Assembly (NCBI GenBank): GCA_022564055.1
Contig: JADFMD010000001.1
Location: 2,738-66,737 of the forward strand
Source: Gemmatimonadota bacterium
Lineage (GTDB): Bacteria > Gemmatimonadota > Gemmatimonadetes > Longimicrobiales > Gaopeijiaceae
Length of the DNA: 64,000 nucleotides
Direction: 5' to 3'
The notes below the pieces were generated by a model that had not been told where the DNA came from, ran no database searches, and worked only from the letters and a program-made list of their open reading frames with translations. Below, in pieces: positions 50,543 to 60,116 of the stretch (positions are counted from its first letter, which is position 1; every line of letters starts with the position of its first letter). The translations under genes were made by a program, and so were the position numbers.

Positions 50543-51835
50543 CTACGCGGCCCCCACCCGTTCCCCACGGCGGATCAACGCCAGGTATTCGTCTCTGAAC
50601 TTCTGGATGGATGACTGCACGGGGGCGGCCACCGAGTCGGACAACACACATATGGTCGTGCCGGTCATCTGCTCGGTCACTTCGATAAGCGTGTCGAGGT
50701 CATCCTCGGTCCCGCGTCCGTCCAAGATTCGCTTGAGGATCGTCGTGACCCAGGCGGTGCCCTCTCGGCACGGCGTGCACTGGCCGCACGACTCGTGGGC
50801 GTAGAACGACGCCATGCGCATGACCTGGTGCACGATGTCCGTGTTCTCGTCCATCACGATCACGGATGCACACCCGAGCATCGATCCGGCCTCGATCACA
50901 CCTTCATAGCAGAGCGCGCAGTCCTCGGCTTCTTCGGCGGACAAGAACGGAACGGAGCTGCCTCCGGGAATGACGGCCTTCAGCGCCCGATCCCCGATCA
51001 TGCCGCCACACACGTCGTAGATGAGATCCTTGAGCGGAAAGCCGAGGGGAAGCTCGTAGTTGCCCGGGCGCTTCACATGACCACTCACACAAAACAGCTT
51101 GGTTCCGGGACTTTTCTCCGAGCCCCACTGCCGATACCACTCCGCGCCGTTCTCGACGATGTGCGGAATGGCCGCAAGAGTCTCGACGTTGTTGATGGTC
51201 GTGGGCATCCCGAAGGCGCCCACTGCGGCCGGGAAGGGTGGTTTCACCCGCGGCTCGCCCCGGCGTCCCTCGAGAGAATTCATGAGGCCGGTCTCTTCGC
51301 CGCAGATGTATGCACCCGCGCCCGCGAACACCGTCACATCGATCTTCTGCCCGGAGCCGAGGACGTCATCGCCGAGAATCCCGGCCTCGTATGCGTCCTC
51401 GACCGCCTTCGCCAACACTTGAGTGGCTTCGAAGAACTCACCTCGGCAGTATATGTACACATGTTCGGCGCCCATCGCATAGGCACCGATCACGCACCCC
51501 TCGATGAGCTGATGGGGCACCCAACGGAGAAGCTCGCGGTCCTTGAACGTGCCGGGCTCCGATTCGTCGGCGTTGCAGAGCAGGTAGTGGGGCTTGCTCC
51601 TGTCCTTGGGCATGAAGCTCCACTTGAGCCCGGTCGGAAAGCCGGCCCCTCCCCTTCCACGCAGCCCCGATGCCTTGACGATCTCCACCACATTCTCGGG
51701 ACTCATCTTCAAAGCCTTCTCGAGGGCCTCGTACCCTCCACGGGCCTTGCAACCCTTCAGCGTCCGGGCTTCCGGGTCACCGAAGTATTTGGAAATAATC
51801 GGGACTTCCCTCTCGTGGCTGTACGGATACCCCAC
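50543..51835 (-). CDS. nuoF: NADH-quinone oxidoreductase subunit F
   Basis: GLRGRGGAGFPTGLKWSF (FMN/NADH site) and ESCGQCTPCREG (N3 cluster). The GTG start at 51835 follows the nuoE stop (51838). The rest of the 651-aa ORF is an upstream stop-free extension overlapping nuoE. Confidence 0.93.
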   Translation of the reverse strand: MGYPYSHEREVPIISKYFGDPEARTLKGCKARGGYEALEKALKMSPENVVEIVKASGLRGRGGAGFPTGLKWSFMPKDRSKPHYLLCNADESEPGTFKDRELLRWVPHQLIEGCVIGAYAMGAEHVYIYCRGEFFEATQVLAKAVEDAYEAGILGDDVLGSGQKIDVTVFAGAGAYICGEETGLMNSLEGRRGEPRVKPPFPAAVGAFGMPTTINNVETLAAIPHIVENGAEWYRQWGSEKSPGTKLFCVSGHVKRPGNYELPLGFPLKDLIYDVCGGMIGDRALKAVIPGGSSVPFLSAEEAEDCALCYEGVIEAGSMLGCASVIVMDENTDIVHQVMRMASFYAHESCGQCTPCREGTAWVTTILKRILDGRGTEDDLDTLIEVTEQMTGTTICVLSDSVAAPVQSSIQKFRDEYLALIRRGERVGAA

Positions 51836-51837
51836 GG

Positions 51838-52527
51838 CTATGCCCCGCCCTCCGGCCGGATGGCGGAAGCCGCGCCGGCGCCTCCGTCCCGCAAATACGC
51901 TACGATCCGCGGAACCTCCTCGGTGGTCACGTTCTCGTAATACCGCGAGTTGATCTGTACGCACGTCGGAAAGCCGCAGCCGGCCAGACATTCGGCCTCG
52001 ATCACTGTGAACCCGCCGTCCATGGAGGTCGCGCCCATCTCCGTATTCGTGTGCTTCAGAAAAGCCTCGAGTACGTCCTGGGCTCCACAGAGGTCGCAGC
52101 TGATGTTGGTGCACACCTGGACCAGGTGCCGCCCGACCGGCCGCTTGTTGTACATCGTGTAGAAGGTCGCCACGCCACGCACGTAGGCTGACGAAAGTCC
52201 GAGGAGTTCTCCCACCCGATCCATGGTCTCGGGAGAGATGTGTCCCCGAAGCTCCTGAGCCAAATTGAGAATTGGTATCAGCGCCCCTTGCTTGGTGGGA
52301 TATCTGGTCAGGATTTTTTCGAAACGGATTTCGTAGGGTCCCTCGAAGAGGGGCGCATCCGGATCCTTTTCCTCCAACATGAACGGATACGTGGCCGACG
52401 CCGAGGCATGCCCGCCATCGAGCGGACGGACCCCCACAAAATCGATCCCGCGAACCTGCTCCTCGGTCAGGTCGTATTCGCCCACGTTCCCCGCCCACCC
52501 CGGATTCTTGAAGGGGATGTCACTCAT
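51838..52527 (-). CDS. nuoE: NADH-quinone oxidoreductase subunit E
   Basis: Thioredoxin-like 2Fe-2S motifs VCTNISCDLCG and CLAGCGFPTC. It has an N-terminal extension of about 50-60 aa relative to E. coli NuoE. Confidence 0.9.
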   Translation of the reverse strand: MSDIPFKNPGWAGNVGEYDLTEEQVRGIDFVGVRPLDGGHASASATYPFMLEEKDPDAPLFEGPYEIRFEKILTRYPTKQGALIPILNLAQELRGHISPETMDRVGELLGLSSAYVRGVATFYTMYNKRPVGRHLVQVCTNISCDLCGAQDVLEAFLKHTNTEMGATSMDGGFTVIEAECLAGCGFPTCVQINSRYYENVTTEEVPRIVAYLRDGGAGAASAIRPEGGA

Positions 52528-53729
52528 CGATCGATCTCGCCCAGCACGATGTCCAGAGAGGCGTTGATCATGATCAGGTCGGAAACCAAATGGCCCTCGG
52601 CCAGCTTGGCGATCACCGACAGGTTCACAAAGGACGGCGGGCGAATTCTCCAGCGTACCGGCTTCTCTCCCCCGTCACTCACCACGTACATCCCGAGCTC
52701 GCCCTTGGACCCTTCCACCGCGAAGTAACAGTCACCCGCGGGCACCCGAATGCCCTCCGTGATCAACTTGAAGTGGTGGATCATCGACTCCATGTCGTTC
52801 ATGCAATCGGTCTTGCTCGGCAATGAGACCCGAGGATCCGAGACATTGATGGGCCCATCCGGAAGACGCTCGAGGGCCTGCTCGAGGATGCGCAGGCTTT
52901 GCCGCATCTCTTCCATCCGTACCAGATACCGGTCGTAGCAGTCTCCGTTCTCACCGATCGGGACGTCGAAATCGTACGTCTCGTAGTCGTAATAGGGATT
53001 GTCCTTGCGGATATCGTAATCCACACCGGAGGCTCTGAGGTTGGGGCCGGTGAACCCGTGGTTGAGCGCGTCTTCTCCAGAGATCACTCCGATGTCGAGG
53101 GTGCGTCCGAGGTGAATTCCGTTCGTGGTCAGAAGCGATTCGATCTCGTCGAGTGTTTTCGGGAAGGTCTCCACGAAGTTGCGGAGGGAGTCGGTCCAGC
53201 CCTCGGGAAAGTCCGCCATCATTCCGCCGATCCGCGTGGCTGAGGTAGTGATGCGTGCGCCGGTATACGCCTCATGGAGTTGGTATATGCGCTCCCGCTC
53301 CTGGAACGCGTACAGGAACGGAGTGAAGGCCCCCACGTCGATCGCGGTCGTCCCTAGCCAGAGCAGGTGGCTGAAGATCCGGTCCATCTCCATGAGGAGC
53401 ACGCGAACGACCTTACACCGCTCCGTCACCTCGAGCCCCATGAGCTTCTCGACCGCCATGACGTAGACGCAGTTGTACATCAGGGGTGCCAGGTAATCCA
53501 TGCGGTCCGTGAGCGGAACGATTTGATTCCAGGTCCGGTACTCGCCGAGCTTTTCGAAGGCGGTATGCAGAAAACCGATGTCGGGAGTGACCTTGAGCAC
53601 AGTCTCACCATCGAGCTCACATAACAGACGCAGGACGCCATGCGTGGCGGGATGTTGGGGCCCTATGTTGATAAGCATGGGCTCCGAACGGAGGCCGGGC
53701 TCCGGAAGCTCCACCACTCTCTCCGTCAT
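52524..53729 (-). CDS. nuoD: NADH-quinone oxidoreductase subunit D
   Basis: INIGPQHPATHGVLRL and the C-terminal end DIVLGEIDR. Confidence 0.96.
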   Translation of the reverse strand: MTERVVELPEPGLRSEPMLINIGPQHPATHGVLRLLCELDGETVLKVTPDIGFLHTAFEKLGEYRTWNQIVPLTDRMDYLAPLMYNCVYVMAVEKLMGLEVTERCKVVRVLLMEMDRIFSHLLWLGTTAIDVGAFTPFLYAFQERERIYQLHEAYTGARITTSATRIGGMMADFPEGWTDSLRNFVETFPKTLDEIESLLTTNGIHLGRTLDIGVISGEDALNHGFTGPNLRASGVDYDIRKDNPYYDYETYDFDVPIGENGDCYDRYLVRMEEMRQSLRILEQALERLPDGPINVSDPRVSLPSKTDCMNDMESMIHHFKLITEGIRVPAGDCYFAVEGSKGELGMYVVSDGGEKPVRWRIRPPSFVNLSVIAKLAEGHLVSDLIMINASLDIVLGEIDR

Positions 53730-54427
53730 GGCGCCTCCTCCGGCCCGTCGATGGAACCGGTCGGCTCGGGAGGCTCTAGCCCGGGGGCGCCACCCACCTC
53801 CAACGCCTCGGGCGTATAGTCGTCGTGATAATCCTGGGACAGAGCACGCCGGGTCTGTTCCGCCCTCGAAAAGCGCCCTCGCAAAGGAAAGTCCTTCCTG
53901 AGGGGATGGCCCTCCGCGTAGTTCTGCGGCATCAGAATCCGGCGAAGGTCCGGGTGATCCCTGAAATCGACACCGAACAGGTCAAAGACCTCCCGCTCGA
54001 GCCAATCCGCGGTTTTCCAAAGTGGAACTACGCTATCGATGGAGAGCCCGTCGAGGGGCAGCTCGCATTTGACTCGCAGCGCCCGCTTGTGCCCCACGGA
54101 CCACAGCTGATACACGATCTGTATCGGGCTGCCACCGCCGTAGTCGACGGCTGTGACGTCGACGAGTAGATCATAGCGATGTTCAGGGTCGTCCTTCAGC
54201 CACTCCAGAACCGCTCGGTTACTGGCCGCATCGACGAACACCACGTGCTGATCGCCCGCCTGAACTTCATGGTGGAGCACCGTAGCACCGAAGCGGGCTC
54301 GAAGCGCCGTGACCGACGGGTGGCTCGCGGCGGGGTCCCCGTTGCCACTGCGAGGCGCTCCGGTAGGGCGTTGGGAGCCTTCAGGGCCCCGCTCGACCGC
54401 GTCGAATGCGGAGCCGTTCTCATCCAC
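53726..54427 (-). CDS. nuoC: NADH-quinone oxidoreductase subunit C
   Basis: 30-kDa subunit motifs WLEREVFDLFGVDFRDHPDLRRIL. Encoded separately from nuoD (not fused). Confidence 0.93.
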   Translation of the reverse strand: MDENGSAFDAVERGPEGSQRPTGAPRSGNGDPAASHPSVTALRARFGATVLHHEVQAGDQHVVFVDAASNRAVLEWLKDDPEHRYDLLVDVTAVDYGGGSPIQIVYQLWSVGHKRALRVKCELPLDGLSIDSVVPLWKTADWLEREVFDLFGVDFRDHPDLRRILMPQNYAEGHPLRKDFPLRGRFSRAEQTRRALSQDYHDDYTPEALEVGGAPGLEPPEPTGSIDGPEEAP

Positions 54428-54472
54428 CCTGGGAGGCCCTCTGCGTGCGTCGCGAAGCCTGGAAAAGAACCA

Positions 54473-55192
54473 CTAGGGTAGCAGGTCCTCGGAGCGCTCC
54501 GGGCGGGTCGTCTGGGCGAGGGAGGTGAGATGGTCCTGTTGCGTCGAATTTCCAAACGGCCCCGCCAGTGCCTCCACCTCTTCGGCGTCGGCGTGGGGGC
54601 GCCCTACGAGCGAAGGATCTTCTGCCCTCAGGGTGTAGTGGTCCGACAGGCTCTCGTGGCGAATCTTCTCCTGGATCATCATCAAACCATAGATGAGACC
54701 CTCAGGACGCGGTGGGCACCCGGGAACGTAGACATCGACGGGGATGATGGTATCGATTCCCTGTACCATGGAATACGTGTCGAACACCCCGCCTGAACTA
54801 GCGCATGCACCCATCGATATGGACCACTTCGGCTGCATCATCTGGTCCCAGATGCGCCGCAGGACCGGTGCGAGCTTATAGGGAACCCGGCCGGCACAGA
54901 TCAACACGTCGGCCTGCCGGGGGCTGAACGACATGCGCTCCATGCCGAAGCGCGCCAAATCGAAGTTCGAAGCGGCCGAAGCCATCATCTCGATCGCACA
55001 GCACGCCGTGCCGAAGGGCATGGGCCAAAGTGAATTTCGCCGAGCCCAATTGACCACGAAATCCACCTTCGTGGTGAGAAAAGTCGGGCTGCCAAAACCG
55101 AGTAGCCCACCCTGCCGTCCCTCAGCCTGGCCGAGCGCCTGCACCTCGGCAAGGCTCAGAGGATCTCCACCCTCACGGTCTCTCAATCCCAT
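54473..55192 (-). CDS. nuoB: NADH-quinone oxidoreductase subunit B
   Basis: [17 protein letters not shown] and VPGCPPRPE (N2 cluster ligands). The start is probably ATG 55192 (or 55213), overlapping the nuoA 3' end. Confidence 0.93.
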   Translation of the reverse strand: MGLRDREGGDPLSLAEVQALGQAEGRQGGLLGFGSPTFLTTKVDFVVNWARRNSLWPMPFGTACCAIEMMASAASNFDLARFGMERMSFSPRQADVLICAGRVPYKLAPVLRRIWDQMMQPKWSISMGACASSGGVFDTYSMVQGIDTIIPVDVYVPGCPPRPEGLIYGLMMIQEKIRHESLSDHYTLRAEDPSLVGRPHADAEEVEALAGPFGNSTQQDHLTSLAQTTRPERSEDLLP

Positions 55193-55539
55193 TCTAGTCC
55201 GCCTTTTCTCCATTCGTAGATCAGCCCCAATGCCAAAACGGCGACGAAAATACTCACAGCCATGAACGGGCCCCACCCCAATTCCCTCATTTCGACCGCC
55301 CACGGAATCAGGAAAACCGTCTCCAGATCGAACACGATGAAACTGATCGCGACCATATAAAACTTGACGGAAAACCGAAGACGGGCATCCCCGAGGGGGA
55401 TCATCCCCGATTCGTAAGCCATGGATTTTTGCGGCGTCGGTCGCCGGGGGTTCAGAATATGGGAAGCGATCACCATTCCAAGCGCGTTCACGATGGAAAC
55501 GCCGAACAGGATCAGAAGCGGGATGTATGATCCCGACAT
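55183..55539 (-). CDS. nuoA: NADH-quinone oxidoreductase subunit A
   Basis: 3 TM helices; [22 protein letters not shown]. The ATG at 55539 gives a typical 118-aa NuoA; the longest ORF reaches 55587. Confidence 0.9.
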   Translation of the reverse strand: MSGSYIPLLILFGVSIVNALGMVIASHILNPRRPTPQKSMAYESGMIPLGDARLRFSVKFYMVAISFIVFDLETVFLIPWAVEMRELGWGPFMAVSIFVAVLALGLIYEWRKGGLEWD

Positions 55540-55775
55540 GGTGGCCTTTGCATGTGGCTTGTGAAAACGTTCACTTGTGGACTGCATTAAGGTATTCTGA
55601 TTCTCGAAGGAGTGTCAACCCGATTTCGGCCCCCCTTCGCCCCTTGAAAGCTATACTATTCGGTCACCGGCAGGGTCACCTTAAGGTCGGCGGTCGCTGG
55701 GGGTGTGCGGGCCCGGCTCGATCGCTTATGCTGCCCGTCGAAGAGAGGGTTTCGCCATCAAACTGACCCCAAAAT

Positions 55776-56330
55776 ATGCCGATTAAGAGCGACCATTGGA
55801 TCCGGCGGATGTCCGAAGAGCACGGAATGATCGAGCCCTTCGTTCCGAGGCAGGTAAAGGACGGGAATATTTCGTACGGCCTGTCCTCGTACGGCTACGA
55901 CATCAGGGTGGCTTCCGAGTTCAAGGTCTTTACCAACGTCCATAACGTGATCGTCGATCCAAAAAACTTCGACGACCGTTCGTTCGTGGACGTAAACGAG
56001 ACCGAATGCATCATCCCACCCAACTCCTTCGCTTTGGCGAGAACCGAAGAATACTTCCGTATTCCAAGCAACGTCCTCGTCGTGTGCGTGGGGAAGAGCA
56101 CGTACGCCCGATGTGGTATCATCGTGAACGTGACCCCCCTCGAGCCTACCTGGTGTGGATACCTGACCCTGGAAATCTCGAATACGACGCCCCTGCCGGC
56201 GAAGATCTATGGGGGTGAGGGGATCGCACAGCTGCTCTTTTTCGAGGGGGACCAGGAGCCGAGCGTGACCTATGCGGACCGACAGGGAAAATACCAAGGT
56301 CAGGTCGGGGTGACCCTCCCGAAAATATAG
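55776..56330 (+). CDS. dcd: dCTP deaminase
   Basis: [39 protein letters not shown]. Confidence 0.95.
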   Translation: MPIKSDHWIRRMSEEHGMIEPFVPRQVKDGNISYGLSSYGYDIRVASEFKVFTNVHNVIVDPKNFDDRSFVDVNETECIIPPNSFALARTEEYFRIPSNVLVVCVGKSTYARCGIIVNVTPLEPTWCGYLTLEISNTTPLPAKIYGGEGIAQLLFFEGDQEPSVTYADRQGKYQGQVGVTLPKI

Positions 56331-56347
56331 ATCGGAGGCTCGCAGTC

Positions 56348-57376
56348 GTGACCGTGTCGGTACCTGGAGATCGCAGGGACGAGCACATCTGGACTTCCCG
56401 GCATTTCTCGCCCCCCTGGTGGTTGGCGGGCGCCCATCCTCAAACCTTGGCCGGAAAATTTCTCAGGGCCGCGCCAACCGGGATGCTCATCCGCGAACGG
56501 ATAGAGACGCCGGATGGAGACTTCCTGGACATCGACTGGATGCCCGAGACCGATCCCACGGCGCCCCTCGTGCTGCTGCTGCACGGGCTAGAGGGCCATA
56601 CGAGAAAAGGCTACATGGTCCAGATCTCTCTGGCCTTGGCGGCCCGTGGCATGCGTGCCGTAGGACTGAACTTCCGCGGCTGTTCCGGGGAGACGAACCG
56701 GGCCCCTCGTTTCTACCACTCGGGCGAAACCCAGGACCTGGAGTTCGTCATCGGGCTGCTCCGCGAGCGTTTCCCAACCCGCCCACTCATGGCGATCGGA
56801 TTTTCTCTCGGAGGAAATGTCCTCCTCAAATTTCTGGGGGAACAGGGGGCGAAGAACGCCGCTCCGCTTTCTGCGGCTGTGGCGATCTCGGTTCCGTACG
56901 ACCTGTCGGCTGGGGCAACCGCCCTCGAACGGGGCGGCATGGCGAGCGTCTATTCCGGCTACTTCCTCCGCTCTCTTCTCTCCAAAGTCCGTGCCAAGCA
57001 AGAAGTCCTGGCAACGATCCTCGACCTGAACGCGGTATTGGCCAGCGCGACCATCCGCCAGTTCGATGTCACCGCCACCGCCAAGCTCAATGGATTCGAC
57101 GGTGCGGAGGATTACTACCGGAAATCCAGCTCCAACCGGTTCGTCGAGTCGGTCCGGGTTCCGACACTGCTCATCCACTCCCGAGACGATCCCTTTCTGC
57201 CTCCGGCGGCCCTGCCGCTGTCCGCGATCGGGGCGAATCCATTATTGACCCTGGTCCTTACCGATCGCGGCGGTCATGTAGGCTTTCTCGAGGGCGGACC
57301 ACCTTGGAACCCAACGTTTTGGGTCGAGGAACAATGCGCGTCTTTCCTCTCCCACCACCATGAAGGCACCGCTTGA
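56348..57376 (+). CDS. alpha/beta-fold hydrolase (YheT/ABHD-like)
   Basis: HPQTLAGKF.., LLLHGLEG, nucleophile elbow GFSLGGN, and C-terminal DPF..GGHVGF. Confidence 0.8.
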   Translation: MTVSVPGDRRDEHIWTSRHFSPPWWLAGAHPQTLAGKFLRAAPTGMLIRERIETPDGDFLDIDWMPETDPTAPLVLLLHGLEGHTRKGYMVQISLALAARGMRAVGLNFRGCSGETNRAPRFYHSGETQDLEFVIGLLRERFPTRPLMAIGFSLGGNVLLKFLGEQGAKNAAPLSAAVAISVPYDLSAGATALERGGMASVYSGYFLRSLLSKVRAKQEVLATILDLNAVLASATIRQFDVTATAKLNGFDGAEDYYRKSSSNRFVESVRVPTLLIHSRDDPFLPPAALPLSAIGANPLLTLVLTDRGGHVGFLEGGPPWNPTFWVEEQCASFLSHHHEGTA

Positions 57377-57413
57377 CCGACCGGCGACGTCCACCCCACC
57401 GCGCCCGGGTGGG

Positions 57414-57442
57414 TTGACCCCAAGGCCGAGAATATCTAGTGT
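57414..57442 (+). promoter_or_regulatory. candidate sigma-70 promoter for cspA (TTGACC-17 nt-TAGTGT)
   Basis: -35 TTGACC at 57414-57419 and a weak -10 TAGTGT at 57437-57442. This would give a 5' UTR of about 70 nt, as is common for cold-shock genes. Pattern match only. Confidence 0.25.
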
Positions 57443-57518
57443 GGCGGCGTAGGAAAAGACGCAATCCGGCGCTGACAAGACGTGAGCCCGGCGCAACAAT
57501 GGATGAGGGAGTAGTGGC

Positions 57519-57725
57519 ATGGCCGAGGGAACGGTAAAGTGGTTTAACGACAGCAAGGGTTTCGGGTTCATCACCCCGGACGAGGGCGAAAAGGATTGTT
57601 TCGTGCATTATTCGGCGATCCAGGGGGACGGTTTCAAGAGCCTCGCCGAAGGGGACCGGGTTCAGTTTGAAATCGGTGAGGGACCGAAGGGACCCGCGGC
57701 GGAAAACGTCACCCGACTCGAATAA
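57519..57725 (+). CDS. cspA: cold-shock protein (CspA family)
   Basis: [15 protein letters not shown] (RNP1) and VFVHYSAI-like CFVHYSAI (RNP2). 68 aa. Confidence 0.96.
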   Translation: MAEGTVKWFNDSKGFGFITPDEGEKDCFVHYSAIQGDGFKSLAEGDRVQFEIGEGPKGPAAENVTRLE

Positions 57726-57744
57726 AACGGCTCCTGAGGGAGCC
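57721..57744 (-). terminator. candidate intrinsic terminator (6-bp GC stem GGCTCC/GGAGCC, 4-nt loop, T-run on minus strand)
   Basis: The minus strand reads GGCUCC-CUCA-GGAGCC followed by GUUUUAUU, about 60 nt downstream of the stop of the 57806-58324 gene. It sits directly after the cspA stop, so it may act on both strands. The stem is short. Confidence 0.35.
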
Positions 57745-57805
57745 AAATCAAATTCGATCCACAGGGAACGCCTCGGCCGATGGCCCAGGCACTTTGGCCT
57801 AAAGC

Positions 57806-58324
57806 CTAAACGGGCCTGGGCTGCCCCGAAGTCTTGAAGAACACCTTTTGGTGCCAACTCTCTCGGGCCGGGACCTCCCACCGCCCCAGGCGCGCATCCT
57901 TCAGACGGGTCCCGGTATTATCGAACACCACCGTGTCCGGACCCACCACTCCCTCCTCCGCCAGGCGGGCGAACTCCGACCGGGAAAGTTGCTGCACCTC
58001 TCCATCCGCCACGAACCAGACCTGGGTGTTGTCGAGAACTCGCACGCCCAACCGGTGCTCCTGATCTCTCAGCACCCCGACCATCGCATCGATGGAGCAG
58101 CCCGAAGGAGGCGCGGAGGCTTCGTCGACCGCCACGAGAAGAAACCGTCCCCATCTCCAATCGCGGCCGCACGTCAGTGGAACCCCGTGCGCCACCCACG
58201 TTTCGAGAAACAGATCCACGGCACTCAAGAAGCTCTCCTGCTCAGCCTCCGCTAGGGATCGCTCGACCCCAAACACCCAGAGCCGCGAATCAGCGGGAAG
58301 CGTCTCGAACGGAACCAATGGCAT
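57806..58324 (-). CDS. conserved-looking hypothetical protein (172 aa, SGCSID motif)
   Basis: Clean ORF whose ATG overlaps the AI-2E transporter stop by 1 nt (TGATG). No recognisable catalytic motif apart from APPSGCSIDAM. Confidence 0.6.
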   Translation of the reverse strand: MPLVPFETLPADSRLWVFGVERSLAEAEQESFLSAVDLFLETWVAHGVPLTCGRDWRWGRFLLVAVDEASAPPSGCSIDAMVGVLRDQEHRLGVRVLDNTQVWFVADGEVQQLSRSEFARLAEEGVVGPDTVVFDNTGTRLKDARLGRWEVPARESWHQKVFFKTSGQPRPV

Positions 58325-59553
58325 CAGGCCACCTCCTCGTCGCTCACATTGCCGTCCACCACGTCGCCGCCGCCATCCACATCGTGTGAGGCCCCCTCAG
58401 TGAGCTCAACGCCTTCAGAGCCCTTCCCGCCGCCGTCAAGCGGGGCTTGGGAAGGAAACCGAACCGCTGGCTTCGCCCCCATCTGGGGAGGGGTCTTATC
58501 CAGTAGAATCGCCACCCACCGGAGATCTTCCGTGTTCTCCAACATGATCTTGACTACCATCGTGAGCGGAACCGCAAGCAGGGCTCCCACCGGGCCCCAG
58601 ACCCAAGCCCAGAACACCAAAGAAAGGATCACCACGAGGGTCGACAACCCCAGCCTTCTGCCCATCAAGTTGGGCTCGACGATATTCCCGAACACCATGT
58701 TGATCGCACCGTATCCACCCAGTACCAAGACGAAATTTCCGATCGTGCCGAACTGAACCGCGCTGAGAAGCAGAGCCGGAACGGCAGCCAGAATGGACCC
58801 AACCGTTGGAATATAGTTCAGAACGAATCCAGTGAGTCCGAGCAAGATCGGAAAATCCAGGCCCGCGATCCATGCTAGTAGGCCGATCAACAAACCCGTG
58901 GTGAGGCTCATGAGGGTCTTGATGCCAAGATACACTTGGACCTCTCGGACGATTTTGGTCATCCGCCTTCGGTCGTTGGGCACCACCTTGGTCATCCGCC
59001 GCCGCTCGCCCTCTCGACGCCCCACGATCGCCCGAAACTTGAAGGGGAAAACCGTCGCCTCACTCAGAACGAAGGCCATGATCAGCAGAACCAGGAACGT
59101 GTTGGTCAAGAAGGCCGCCACCACCGCTGCGGTCCTACCGAAAAAGCCGACTGCGGCACCCGGATCGAACAGGTCGAGGAGCCTATATTGGTCGAGCTCG
59201 ATCCCGATCCGCGCACTCAAGCCCGCCACCCAGGAGTCGCGAAGCGCCTGAACCCGTGTCGTATATCCGGGTAGCTGGTCCTGGAAATCGGCCACCGCCT
59301 GGGTGCCCAGCATGATGAGCGCCCCGAATACGGCACCCATTACGAGCATAGTGAGCAGGATGGCCAGAGGTGCGGGTACACGCCGGAGTTGCAACCAGAA
59401 CATGAGCGGCATGCTCATGACCGCCAGGAACAGCGCAAGAGCAAACGGAAGAAGGATGCCCGCGCCCTCGCGCAACCCGGCCACCACAATGACGAAGGAC
59501 GCCCCCATGAGAAGGAAGCGAGCTCCCGGGGTGTTGGCTTGCAGCGGAATCAT
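58324..59553 (-). CDS. AI-2E family transporter (PerM/UPF0118)
   Basis: Polytopic. The C-terminal core [27 protein letters not shown] is typical of the family. Acidic, Gly-rich C-terminal tail. Confidence 0.85.
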   Translation of the reverse strand: MIPLQANTPGARFLLMGASFVIVVAGLREGAGILLPFALALFLAVMSMPLMFWLQLRRVPAPLAILLTMLVMGAVFGALIMLGTQAVADFQDQLPGYTTRVQALRDSWVAGLSARIGIELDQYRLLDLFDPGAAVGFFGRTAAVVAAFLTNTFLVLLIMAFVLSEATVFPFKFRAIVGRREGERRRMTKVVPNDRRRMTKIVREVQVYLGIKTLMSLTTGLLIGLLAWIAGLDFPILLGLTGFVLNYIPTVGSILAAVPALLLSAVQFGTIGNFVLVLGGYGAINMVFGNIVEPNLMGRRLGLSTLVVILSLVFWAWVWGPVGALLAVPLTMVVKIMLENTEDLRWVAILLDKTPPQMGAKPAVRFPSQAPLDGGGKGSEGVELTEGASHDVDGGGDVVDGNVSDEEVA

Positions 59554-59667
59554 CTAGGGTGTCGAATCTCCAAGCGTCAAGATCGCGATCGAATACCGGA
59601 CGAATCTTGTCGGCCAACGCCGGCATCGGCACTACATTGCAAGGGTCGTACCAGTAGAAGGTGCCTG

Positions 59668-60042
59668 ATGCCTGAACACCGATCCCATTCCGGGGTTCCG
59701 ATTCCCGAATCCGACTCCGACCTGCTTGGCCAATGCCGCGTGGACGTGTTTCGTTCCGGTGGCAAGGGAGGCCAACATCAGAACGTCACGGAGAGCGGCG
59801 TCCGCCTCACGCATCTTCCCACGGGAACCGTGGTCACCAGTCGCCGGTTCCGTAGCCAACATGCCAACAAACGCCAAGCTCTGGTTGCGCTTCGCGGGAG
59901 ACTCACGGCGTTGAACACGCACAAAAAACCGCGCATCCCGACCCGCCCCAGCCGCCGCGCCCAGGAGCGGCGACTGTCATTGAAACAACGCCATTCTTCC
60001 AAGAAGAATCTCCGTCAAAACCCGAAGGTGGACGACGATTAG
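59668..60042 (+). CDS. arfB: alternative ribosome-rescue factor ArfB-like peptidyl-tRNA hydrolase (RF-1 domain protein)
   Basis: GGQ motif ([24 protein letters not shown]). The basic C-terminal tail [32 protein letters not shown] closely parallels the E. coli ArfB tail ([26 protein letters not shown]). The ATG at 59668 was chosen within a longer ORF. Confidence 0.7.
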   Translation: MPEHRSHSGVPIPESDSDLLGQCRVDVFRSGGKGGQHQNVTESGVRLTHLPTGTVVTSRRFRSQHANKRQALVALRGRLTALNTHKKPRIPTRPSRRAQERRLSLKQRHSSKKNLRQNPKVDDD

Positions 60043-60116
60043 GCAGTCTGCTTATCATTAAGGGTGACTCTAGGCTCCCATTTGGTTCGTTCAATCCCCG
60101 CTTCGAGAGGCTCTGT

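Noticed and set aside
51836-52498. The upstream 221 codons of the 651-aa ORF containing nuoF.
   Set aside because: This part overlaps nuoE in another frame and is Arg/Gly-rich. The NuoF homology begins right after a GTG at 51835, 3 nt past the nuoE stop. I applied the same logic to trim the long-ORF starts of GT4, wecB, pabA, ispF, yceD, the CBS protein, the phosphomannomutase, nuoG, nuoB and nuoA.
57783-57821. An 8-bp inverted repeat GCCCAGGC ... GCCTGGGC with a 23-nt loop, near the cspA 3' region.
   Set aside because: The right arm and loop overlap the stop codon and 3' end of the 57806-58324 gene, and there is no U-tract on either strand. It is probably fortuitous or only a weak mRNA-stability element.
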